NCBI GenBank assembly: GCA_002269645.1
Contig: NIVC01001533.1
Location: forward strand, 186,001-250,000
From: Macrostomum lignano
Lineage: Eukaryota
Reading direction: 5' to 3'
Length of the DNA stretch: 64,000 nt
The notes under the pieces are model-generated. The model was not told the DNA's origin and searched no databases. It saw only the letters and a list, made by a program, of their open reading frames with translations. Below, one piece after another: positions 11,335 to 22,667 of the stretch. The position numbers were made by a program, and so were the translations under genes. Positions within the stretch are counted from its first letter, which is position 1. Each line of letters starts with the position of its first letter.

Positions 11335-12135
11335 TGTGAAATTTCGACCTTGTGAAAGCACCCCCGCAACCAGGGGGTGCGCAACTCAAATATTAATTCG
11401 AATTCGCTGAAAAATTATCATCGAATATCGACCCCGCTTATGGGGAATGTGCAAAGCTCAATATTCAAGCAATGCAAAGAATATGCAAAGCTACATCAAA
11501 GTGTAGCTGTATAGCTTGTGCTGAGATTTACTTGACGACTGTGATAATTAATAACACATACTTGCACAACTCAATTGGAAATATGTACTTGTACACTACA
11601 TATGTACATGCAAATGTGAACGCTTGATCAACGGCTACTAATGTAATCAATTACATGCATATGAACATAAGTAGGAATATTTCGATATCTGACTTAGGGT
11701 CTCGTCAATCTAAGCAATTTTGCGTGCCATGCAGTAAGTGCAACCAGAAATAATTGTTTAAGGGGGCGGATTCTGGAGGGTAAAAGACCTAAAGGTGGGG
11801 GGACGGCGGAGGGGATGGGGCTCTGAATTTTGGCGAAATTCGCTTGGTCCCCCTTTAATTTTTTTCTGTTCTGCGCCAAAGGGGGGGGGCGACCGCCCCC
11901 GCCCCCTGGTTGCGGGGGTGCTTTCACAAGGTCGAAATTTCACAACGTTGTGAAATTTCGACCTTATGAAGTCCCTTGCTAAAGTTTTCGATGCTGTGAA
12001 ATTTCGACCTTGTGAAGTTTCGACCTTGTGAAGTGGTTGCTATTTGAGTTTTCGATGTTATGAAATTTCAACCTTGTGAAATTTCGATCATGTGAAAGAG
12101 GGTGCTTTCGACGTTGTGAAATTTCGAGTTTGTGA
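11335..12135. mobile_element. Foldback/MITE-like element with 42-bp perfect inverted repeats (11335-11376 / 11903-11944) and an adjoining TGTGAAATTTCGACC array
   Basis: TGTGAAATTTCGACCTTGTGAAAGCACCCCCGCAACCAGGGG and its exact reverse complement; about 10 degenerate motif copies at 11950-12135. Confidence 0.7.
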
Positions 12136-13079
12136 ACCCCCCCCCGGTTGCGGCACTGCAGTGTGTGTGCCAGTAGTCGATCAGGGGATTTTCGTCGGCA
12201 TCCATATAGGACTCTTGAAAATGATCGTTAATTCAATTGGCATCAATTGCGCCACAAAAACCAGTCCAATGTAAATTTAGAAGTCGAAGTCGACTTAAAA
12301 AAGTTTTATTATTTCTTGATCTCAATTGCTACAAAAAATAATATATTTGGTCTTAAAACCAACAGGTTTTTTTTTGGGTGTTTTTTAGAAATCTTAAAAA
12401 AATATATATTTATTTTTTTAAGTTATTTTTATAATTTTTTTTATATATTTATTTTACGATAAATTTAAATAATATACTTAATAGCCATTTGAGGTATACC
12501 TACCCAGATTATAGTTAAAAAAGCAAAAAATTGTTATGTTTGTTTCTAAGAACAAACTTCAGTGGCGAATTCAAACGTTTAAAGTGAATTCATCGTTTTC
12601 CTAGAAAGACAACCTTAACAATCATCATCGACATCAACCAACCCATCTTGCCTAATTTACCAATTGGCAGTGTTTATTCCCATGGTCCATGCCACTAACG
12701 ACAATATTATGCACACAGCGCCGTGCCAATAATGCTATGCTTATTCGCACGGCAGCTAAATTATACATGTAGGAATGGGCCTAGCATGTCAGCATACATG
12801 TGCTTTAACTAAGGACTTTAATTAATGAATGGTTTATATCAAGTGAAAATTTTATAAGCTGTTATGATGCATAGCTGTGGAGTCTACTGTATATATAGCT
12901 AGTATAGGTCCCTACACTGTATGACTGCAGATTGTAGTCATTTCTAAAATCCATTTTTTAATTTTTTCTAATCTAAAGCCAAAGTTTAACTAAAATTTCT
13001 AATTTTCCAATTAATAACTATAATGTCCTATTTAGAAATCTTAACAATCAAAATTTCCAATTGGTTGCAGTTTTGGTTT

Positions 13080-13720
13080 TAAAGCCAATCTATACTAGAT
13101 CTAGGGTCTAGACGACTAGATCATATCCGGATTCTGGAACAAGCAGCTTATCTTAGTTAAATGTATGCCAGTGCAACACCAAAAATGGAAAATTTCCCTT
13201 AAATGTATACTAAAATTTTCTCCTAAAAAGTAATTTAGAAGAATCCCAAAAAAATTGCAAGATAAGACAAGTTTCTTAAGAAAGGTTTTTAGGTCTATAG
13301 TATAAGGAAGGTGGTTTTAAAAAATATTAAAATTATTTATATTTTAAACAAATAAAATTAATCCTCTAATCTATAATAATGATACATAATTAGAGTTTTT
13401 AGCAATAACTTTTAATAGTTTTATATAATTTTAATTAAAAAACATTAATTCTATCATTAATTCTAGTCTAAAGTGTAAATCTTTTATAATATTATTATTT
13501 TGTTTTTTATAATTTTATAAAAATATTAATATTTACATTAAAATTTACATGCTTTCCAAAATTTGTTTAGCCTATTATTATACGTAGAAATTTGTATGCC
13601 AAAATGATATGATTTTGTATGCCAAAATATATAAGTACCAACTTCAAACGAGGTCATTTGTATATTAGAAATTTCTATCATATATGTAACCTTCCAGGGT
13701 CTAGCACTAGATGCTATCTA
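13080..13720 (+). repeat. Degenerate AT-rich interspersed repeat; homologous copy at about 60090-60640, partial copy at about 50095-50170
   Basis: Shared blocks CTGGAACAAG..TATCTTAG, AATGTAT..TTTCTCCT.AAAAG, AAGAAAGG, GGTCATTTGTAT..ATGTAACCTTCCAG. Confidence 0.7.
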
Positions 13721-14186
13721 CATAAATTATACCTATATTTACATATTGCTATTTATATAAAAATATTTATTTTATATACTATTATGTCTTTTGTGTATAT
13801 ACCTAGAAAAACTACTTATAAGAGCATATGTTTAGTTTTAAAGATATAATAGAATCCTAAAATTATAAAGCAGTATCTTAAAAAATTCAGTTGCAATATT
13901 TTTATTGCTAGTTTTGGTTTTATGCTTGTCTGAAGCTTTTTAATTTTATAGCTACAGAATGTGGATTTCAAGCTATAAATAACTTGCTTTCAAGTATCTA
14001 AAAGAATAAAAGTTCAATTTCTCTATACCACTTCTCTACTCTACAATGCATTTCTATAGTACACTAGCAGCTCTATAGTATAGAAGGCTAAATCTCCTAT
14101 GTACAGTCTGTGCTATAATAACTCCAAAGTAAGCTAGTAAGGCAAAAAAGCTTACCACCAATATAAGTAAAGCAATTTCCTATCTG

Positions 14187-14339
14187 ATGCCAATGAGCCA
14201 TCAGAGCAACCTTGTCAGTTCAGGTCCAATGTCTGCCCCAACTGGCACTGGATCTCAGTTGGCACCTGTCACTGTTCACAATGTTTACATCTTTGATAAA
14301 AATGGTACCTGTCTGTATTTTTGCGAATGGCCTTCGCAA

Positions 14340-14371
<32 letters not shown>

Positions 14372-14729
14372 GCAAAAAGAAGCCTCTGAGCACGAAGATC
14401 GTACTCGTCTGATGTATGGTCTCATCTACAGCATTCGCACCCTGGCTGCCAAACTCTGTCCAGTCGGCGAAATCAAAGACGCCACCTATTTGGCATACGT
14501 GACTAGCCAATATAAATTCCACCTGTTGGACGTGCCCACTGGACTGAAGATTGTGCTCAACACAGACAAATCTGCCGGCTCCATGCGCCACCAGCTGGAG
14601 ACCATATATTCTAAAATATATGTTCCGTACGTGGTTCTCAATCCCGAGTGCAACCTCGGCGATCCTGTGAGCAGTCGGCTATTTGCTGATAGCCTTACCG
14701 AATATTTGCTGACGTTGCAGGCGAAGTGA
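14187..14729 (+). CDS. TRAPPC1: Trafficking protein particle complex subunit 1 (Bet5), intronless, with N-terminal extension and Q13 insert
   Basis: TVHNVYIFDKNGTCLYFCEW..RLMYGLIYSIRTLAAKLCP..YVTSQYKFH..PTGLKIVLNTD..IYSKIYVPYVVLNP..SSRLF matches the TRAPPC1 longin fold along its whole length. Confidence 0.92.
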
Positions 14730-15494
14730 AAGTCTTGGATTCGAATGTAGATTTTTCTTATACTTTTCATTTCTATATATATACAGGGGTACATCCGTGA
14801 GCTATTAATTCATGCGTATATCATGTCGGCTTGTCCCCTAAATCTGTTCATTAAGACTTACTAAGAATTGGGAGACAACGCAGACAAAATCTGCTGCTTG
14901 GCTAAATACGCTGTGCACAGGAAAAAAACATTGCGGGCAATTCGCTCGCGGGCAATTCTCATGAGCCCCAATCCGCGTATGCTACAATAGATTTGCTGCG
15001 TCAATTTCGCTTTCATCTAGCCAGTAATTTTTGTTTTGAGCAGGCAAATTCCACAAAGTTAATAAATAGTTCTAAATGTTGCTTTGCGAATCTAAAGCAA
15101 GATTCGTGTACAATTACTATTCTTTCGCAAAGGTTGGCTTATAATTATCTGTGACGCAGCGTAGCGACTTTTTCAATTCACTTTTTATTCATGCGCTGTA
15201 ATATTGTTGTAAAACTCATCAACGTTAGAAAATTAAACACTGATTAATAATAGCGCCGTGTCCACGCTATGCTACTAGATGAGGCTTATTTAGTAGCGAA
15301 TAATGCTTATAGCTACTGTTCTGCTGCATCCAGCTTTTGCTTATACACTACAATATTGATACTGAGTTTTTAAGTGTTTATATATATGGAGAATGTTACA
15401 AAAGCTTTTGCAAATTGTTAATATGTTTCATTTCAGAGCAAAAAATACATTAAATTTTCTTGCATTTATTTTTTTACCACCATTCACCATACTT

Positions 15495-15872
15495 AGCTTT
15501 TTATATAGCTTTTTGTAAGCCCAGGCGTGGAGCTTATGGATATGGACAAGTGTTAGGGCTTGTAGATAGGCTCGTTAGCTACTATCATTCGCCAGGATCA
15601 TCTTTCTCACCAATTGAGTATAGCAAATTGAGTATAGCAACCATTCTTAATTGATCCACTTTGCCTTTGCGCGTGCTTATATGCTGTTACAATTTTGCTC
15701 GCTTGAAATTCCCAAAATTTCTCACTTTTTGCCACCAGCTTTTTATATAGCTTTTTGTAAGCCCAGGCGTGGAGCTTATGGATATGGACAAGTGTTAGGG
15801 CTTGTAGATAGGCTCGTTAGCTACTATCATTCGCCAGGATCATCTGAGTATAGCAAATTGAGTATAGCAACG
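15495..15872 (+). repeat. Direct duplication of about 135 bp (15495-15630 / 15737-15872)
   Basis: Near-identical AGCTTTTTATATAGC...CCAGGATCATCT...TGAGTATAGCAAATTGAGTATAGCAAC; the second copy lacks about 11 bp. Confidence 0.85.
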
Positions 15873-18800
15873 ATCCATCCATATGTGCAGATGTACTTTG
15901 GATTGGAACCTTTTCTTGCTTAACATGAGGTACTTCTCAAGTGCGCTTAATCGGTGCGGCCAAAGCATTTCCATTATATAAATTAACTTGTGTCCGAATT
16001 TCCTCTAGTGGCTTCCGAGTTTTCAGCCGTGGAATGATTTCTGAACCTGTGCATAATTGCATAATATATAGGCGTGCTAATTGTGTATGTAACAAGCCCT
16101 CTGACTCCGCTTAATGGCAAAGTATGCATAGGCTGATGGCTCGGACTACTAGATTCTTGCTGTATTGTCACGCAGTCACCGCAAACCGGATGCCACATCT
16201 CGTTCACAATCGCGTGAGAGCAATACTTTTGATTATTTTATGGTTATGCTTTATGTGCTGCTCTATATTTAGCAGCGCGTCTACCATTGATGAGTTAGAC
16301 CTCTATGCGCTTGCACTAATTCCCTTTTCCATTTCGCTTTTATCTGGCGACCAACTCGGGTTCTATTTAATCCAGAGGGATTTTTTACGTTAAACTAAGC
16401 TGCTAAGATTTTTTGGCCGGTCACGTACGTGAGCTTCGAGAAAAGATGTGAACTGTTTGCGTCCGCTCCGGACACCGGACCTATAAGCAGACAGCTTCTC
16501 AGGAAATTGCATCTGCCGATTTTGAATCCACTATTCTATAGAGGATTTCAAAGTTGAAATCTACGAGTACAAGGGCTGTCCCAAAATTAGCTAGTGTTTT
16601 TTCATTATATCTCTCGTTCTGATGATCCAAATAACGCCCTTTCGTACAATTTTATAGCGGCAAGTCTCTATATTATGATCTCATAGTTCTAACATTCTTT
16701 ATAACAGACAATCAAAACAAGTTATGAACAAAAGTTGTGACTCGTAAGAGATATTATACTTCAAGTATTTGAGGTCGGGCTCGTGGCTGACTGCCGCTAA
16801 CCAGAATTGCACTTATTCTTATAACGAAGAGGATATATTTAGAAAATTAAAATTCCTTTTGAGGGAGCTATTTATATAAATCAAGAGGGCCGAAACTATT
16901 GAATATCACCAATTCAACCACTTTAAAGCTCACTTTCAGGGAGGTTATTGACATAAGATCCCCCAGAATGCAAATAATGTCCCGGAAAATCTATATCTAT
17001 ATCTATATCTAGGGCGTTATCCGATATTACTGAATAGTAGGACCATAGATAATTAAAATACTGCGCTCGCAGTCCCAAGACTCACAGCTACCACAAAAAA
17101 TTACCAGTAACTCGACTATAAGACTTACAGCAAGTCAACAAGCTAGCGAGAAAGTACTCCGCGTACTTTTGATTGAATGTACTCAAACTTTGCTGTTAGA
17201 CTGCTGTCTAAGAGACGTCTATAGTAAACCTAACGATGAAATCGTATCTTCAGTTAACGTTTTTAACATACGATACGATACACTATACAGGATAATGTTA
17301 CAGTAAGGTTACAGTCTGCTGATACTGCATTTGCACTTTTATCATTTCCGTTTGCATACAGATGGCTGTTTGGGAACTCTGGGAGGTTCTTTGACTGTTA
17401 ATTCGACGCGTGCATTCAGATATTTCATTTTTCACTTTCAATTTCACTGAAACGCCGAAGAAAAAAGGAAGGCATCTACACGGTGAAAGTACCACAAACG
17501 CATGAAGAAAATGAAGTTAACTGCATCTGCATGCCTATATATTTGCAAAAAAGGTTGAGTTGTTTGATTTCTCATCGAGCGATCCGCACTCGATTGCTAT
17601 TGCATATATACTGTCTCAATGATAGACCACGAGATTACATCCTGTTTCTCTCCTCAACCAGGCGGAAGGATGCCTATATTCTCAGCAAATACCCTGTTCT
17701 GAGCTCTCCCAGGGACCCCGCCTCTCATTCGATCTTTCCTGTATCCAGAGATGATTCCTATGTATAGGAGCCTTACTTCCTTTTTTCTTACCAGTAATTA
17801 CGAAATGCAATTTTGCATCGCGGGTATCTAAATAATTAGTGGTCTCATGAAAGCTAAATTATGCATATTATCGCTAATGCGTGCATCATTATCAGGCGTG
17901 CAATGGCAATTGGAGTGCTTGTTAGAATAATCAATCACTTGCAGGCCTGAATTTCGTCAGCAAAAGCACTTTCTTAGGTGCTAGCATGGATTGAGAATAG
18001 TTGAGACAAAGAGGGCAAACCGGAGCTAGGAGCCTAGTAAAGTATTAAAGGTAAAGCTTTCTGTACTTGAATGCATTTAGAGTCTATAGTTCTTGCTTCT
18101 CATGTACCAACGAGTGCGACCAGGGTGCGTATACAGTTGCACCTCGCATACTAGCCCAAGCCTCTTATTGTCTCAGCGTGGTTTGCGGAGGGAACTGTTG
18201 AGAGAATTCAATCTTGTTCATTAAAAGCTCTGCAAGTGCGTGAATAATAATTAGTCGTTAATTAAGGGTGCCGACTGGTATATTTCATAAAAGCAAGTCC
18301 TGCTATAGGGAAGCTCAGAATACCCCACTTCGTTAAGTTTTTGAGACGCAACAGACTATAGTTCATGTACTAGTATATAGTGTAAACTGATCTAGAATTT
18401 CTAAAACAATATCGGGATGGCAGGCCCATGATCGTTTATAATTTTTTTCGCAGAGCCAGCTGGAGCAAAGATTATTGAGAAATTCGTGTGCCATCGGTAC
18501 ACCTCTAGGACTTACAGAGAAATTTTCGTGGCCTTCAGTTTTACTGGGAAAAACCTATGAAGAAGTGAGCCTGTGCAGTTTCAAATCATGTTTCTGTGTC
18601 CGTAATTGAGCATGTTTTCTCTTATTTCTTTTATACCTGCATGGAAAATCTGAGGTTACATTTTCCGGAGACCCATTTCATCAGCTTCACAGTTCAGGGA
18701 TCTTGCTTCTTGCGTCTTCGTATTGGATTTGGGTAAACTTTTGCAATTTTTCGGTATTATTTCTGTCGGTCATAAATGGTATTTCCGTTTTTTTATTGTT

Positions 18801-19726
18801 GCCCGTCTTTAATTGCGGCATCTGCGAATGCGGGGCGATAACTAAGTTCTATGAGATGAAAAGTTCGTCTTCTGCGGTTTGGAATTCGGATTTTTGCAAA
18901 GAGAACAAGAGCGTAAATAATTAACGATGGTTTAAAACTTGGAAGCTGGGTGCCGTAGCATTGCCTGCGCCTACCGCCGCCATCTATGTTTGAGTGCCAC
19001 CTGTTCTAGTTTCGAATGCCATTAGCTAGCAGCAGGTTGTTTATAGAAGGGGCAAGAAAGCTGGTTCAAGCGATAATTTGCGAAATGGAATTCGCTCGTT
19101 CCATGGCTTCAATTCACCTTCACCGGAGAAGCAAGTAATGATAGAAATCTCGCGGCAGCTACGCTCGTATATTTGTCCCGAGCTAAGTACAAGCCAAGGC
19201 AATCGTACTTAGACCATGGAAGATGCTCGTATTCAAGAACTCTAAATTGAACTAGGCAACTGCAAGCTCTTGCTTATGATTAGATCTCTGAAAGTTACAT
19301 ATGTATACCTAATGCACAGTCTCATTATAACGCATCGAATCTCGGTACTATGAAGTATACATTCTCGATAATACCTAATGTAGCAACAAAATTGTGCGGA
19401 CTACCGACAGAATTGATCACTCAATTGAAAATTTCATTTGTTGGTTTTTATCTTTTTTAAACCTTAATTTAAGGTACATTTATGCTTCATACCACCATCC
19501 AATGAGCCATCAACTTACACTGAGGGTACAAAGACAACATTTTTAGTATATAGGACTAGCGATCAGCGCCCCCGTTGGGGAGACAACAGAAAAGAATAAA
19601 AATTTTGAATAAACTGCATGTATATTCTAACCTCTCAGTCTGGACATCTCAGCAATTCCCCCGTAAGGGTAGTATTATATGGAGTGGCTTCATTTGACGG
19701 CGGTGTGAAGCATGTATACGTACGCA

Positions 19727-20075
19727 CAGGGGCGTCGTCATGGATTTTGGGGGGGGGGACAAGGCCAAGAATTCTACATTTAGCTCGTCGTACATTATTT
19801 TCAGAATCGGTGCTATCAGCGCTCATTTGGCGCTGCAGGCACTCATTTTAGCGCTGCAGGCACTCATTTTGGCGCCGCAAGCACTCATTTTGACGCCGCA
19901 GGCACTCATTTTGGCGCCGCAGGCACTATATTTTGTCACTTTGAAGCAAAATTATTGATTTTCATAACGGGTCATGAAGTTGGGTGGGGGGGGGGAACAA
20001 AGCATTGGCATACCCCCACAACTTTTACTGGGGGAGGACATGTCCCCCCTGTCCCCCCCGGTGGCGACGCCCCTG
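19727..20075. mobile_element. hAT-type MITE with internal 21-bp tandem repeat
   Basis: TIRs CAGGGGCGTCG / CGACGCCCCTG; perfect 8-bp TSD CGTACGCA (19719-19726, 20076-20083); about 5 copies of GGCGCCGCAGGCACTCATTTT. Confidence 0.9.
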
Positions 20076-20684
20076 CGTACGCACGAGTACAAAGGAGTAT
20101 ACTAAGTATCAGACAGAATTGGATGCGGCACTAAAATATCAATGGAATTCACTTCATTTTAGTCCTTGGGCAGACAATAATATTTACTCGCACTTTCTAT
20201 TTTTCATTTAGAGAAAACAAAATGAGCCGAAGCAATCTGCAACCGCGGCTTTCAAACATGGGCTAGTGGCTGATTTGTAAAGAAAAAATTGAATGAATCT
20301 TTGATAGGAAAAATAGCGGAGCAAATTAACAAAGACGATATTCTTGGTAAATTCGTACCCCTCCGGCATTTCTTTTTAAAGCTAAAGATGACAAAAGCAC
20401 CAACAGCTGGTGCCTGACGAGTCCATTGTGCCGATTTTTGAATGCTTTGATTTGATGCGGGTAAAGTTTCGATAAACAAAGAAACCGATTGCGTGCCGAA
20501 TAGAATAGCCATTTCATGCGCTTTGTTCGACAATGGCATCAGCAGAGCTTTAAAATCCTCCGAAAACCATAGGCCCAGTCGGTCTTCTATTGAAAACCCG
20601 AAAATTAACTACTCCTCGAAGGTCTGATCGAGCTGGCCTGGCGCTGATGAAAGCGAGCAGGTAGCAAGGTAACAAGCAGGTAGT

Positions 20685-20781
20685 CGCGCCAGCATCAGCC
20701 AGCACGCAGTCAGCAGCAGAACCTCCTGCACTGGCTGCGGGCAGTAGGACTCAGCTCGGATGATGTGGCTTGCCAGCTGCC
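20685..20781 (-). mobile_element. Short 3' fragment of the RTE-like LINE
   Basis: QLASHIIRAESYCPQPVQEVLLLT, homologous to 5570-5705. Confidence 0.75.
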
Positions 20782-22667
20782 TAAATTTAGAAGTATCATA
20801 TGCGATTATAAGTATCAAAGGTGTAATTCGCTACAAAACGGATATTTCGGAAGCAGACGGACACAGGCCAGTTGTTTTCAAAGATATCCGATTGTCTGCC
20901 TGTTGATCGGGCGGGCGCGTCTTCTGCCGATTAAAATAGCGACGTAATTTAAGATGTGTAGCGGATATGGGCTAGCTGTTGGAGCATTCTAATCTCCAAT
21001 TGATTTACATCTCTTGTCATCTTCATCAGTTCAATTCCTTTCTCTCCTGTCCCATTTCTGTGGAAGATTCAGAGTCATGTCTTGTTCAGTTCGAGTTGCC
21101 CGGCAGCCATCCGATAGAGCTATTGAGGGCCTTCTGATACAAGCAACAACGCGAAGCAGTTTATGATCAAAAGTAAAGCATGGGATGCTGGGATGGGAGC
21201 AGTTTAAGCAGCCAATGCCACTGAAGCAATCGGGGCGTGTCACAGTAACAATTTTCCTTCTTGAATTTGAGCTGTGTACTCTTACTCTTCTGCTTCTCAA
21301 GGTCGCTCGCTCTCATTTTCTGTCCAAAAATCAAGCGAATAATATAAAACTTGCTCAAGAGTATCAAGAACTATGGTTTAGCTGCCTTCTGGCCAGGATC
21401 TTTCTGAATTATCGATTTTTATCAAGCTGGCACTTTGACTTGCGCCTTGGGGCCACTTTAGGTACCCAATATGGGAACCTTCATCAAAGCTGAAAATGTA
21501 AATTCTCGACGTGAAACTGCGAGACTCCTAAAATAAAAGAATTAAAAGTTTACTGGCATAAGTGCGCACGAAAAATTTTTGATACTTTGATCTAATTAGC
21601 ATACTAAAGTGGGTTAGATTTCAAAGACAGGAAAATAAATTAACATTTCCTTTAATTAGGAATTCGACAAAAATCAATAACTCTTTGTGAATAAATCGCA
21701 ATTTTGAAAAGTTTACAACAAGACTCGACTGCGCCAGAAACATTCCTACAAGCGAGTTGGTTCGAGTTGGGAATCCAATTTTTCCGGCTTACAAGTTTAC
21801 CAAGAGCAATTCGTTGGGAAGCCATGCCAGTCTCAGAGGATGAAGTAAGGTAATAAGACGCCTGGGAACCCCCAACTGAAGCTTGTTGAAGTTCGCTGCT
21901 CATCAAATTTCCTGTGCGACTAAGCAATTAAGCAGCGGAATCGGTGTGCTTCCTAATCCTGACATCGCCTGCAGGACAGCAAAGAGCCGGGGGGCGGGGC
22001 ACGCCAAAGAGTCCACAGGCCAGGATTGTTAGCAAGCCCTGGTTAGAGCAGGCACAGGCATGGCTCACTGTGCTCTATCCTGCTTCCCTAGAGACCTGTG
22101 CGGATTGGCATTGGGTGGACAACCTTTATCCTTGGTCGACCTGTCGTTTGGTAGGCAGCCTTTTCTCTGCAGGCCGCGGTTTGGAGCTGTCTCGGTATGG
22201 GAAACTGTTACGAAGCGTGGAACTTTTCAAGAAATTCCTCATCCGCTTTTTGGCGCCTTCGCGTTTCCTGCAGCCAGCAGTCATCCCGTGCCGATCTGTC
22301 ACGAGAAGCGAGAGAAGCAGCACTCCTGAAAAACTCCATTTGGAAGATTTTACACTTCGCATTGCGAGCAACAATAAGGTGCATTTGTGACTGCATGGGC
22401 CTAAGCCAAAGTATTGGGAAATCTGTCTGAGCAGAGCACGCATTGGCCTTGCCGGATTGCAGGAACAATAAGGACTTCAAGCTGAAATGTGGACTGTAAA
22501 TCTTCTATCCGAGGTGTAAAAATGACTGGAGCACTTTGGTATTCTCTGAATTTGCGCTCTGTAATCTCGATAGCATACCGAATCTCCTTAATAATGCATT
22601 TGTTGTAAGCTTTGGCTTTTTATGAAAGAAAGGACGGAAGTTTGCATTTGCTCATACTCAAGATACA

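Noticed and set aside
20644-20680. Hammerhead ribozyme core (CTGATGA) near a LINE fragment; a similar hit at about 18665-18690 on the minus strand
   Set aside because: No stem II followed by GAAA and no stems I/III.
21031-22480. Cluster of 60-150 aa ORFs suggesting a gene
   Set aside because: No recognisable motif, no consistent strand or splice chain; cannot be supported without a homology search.
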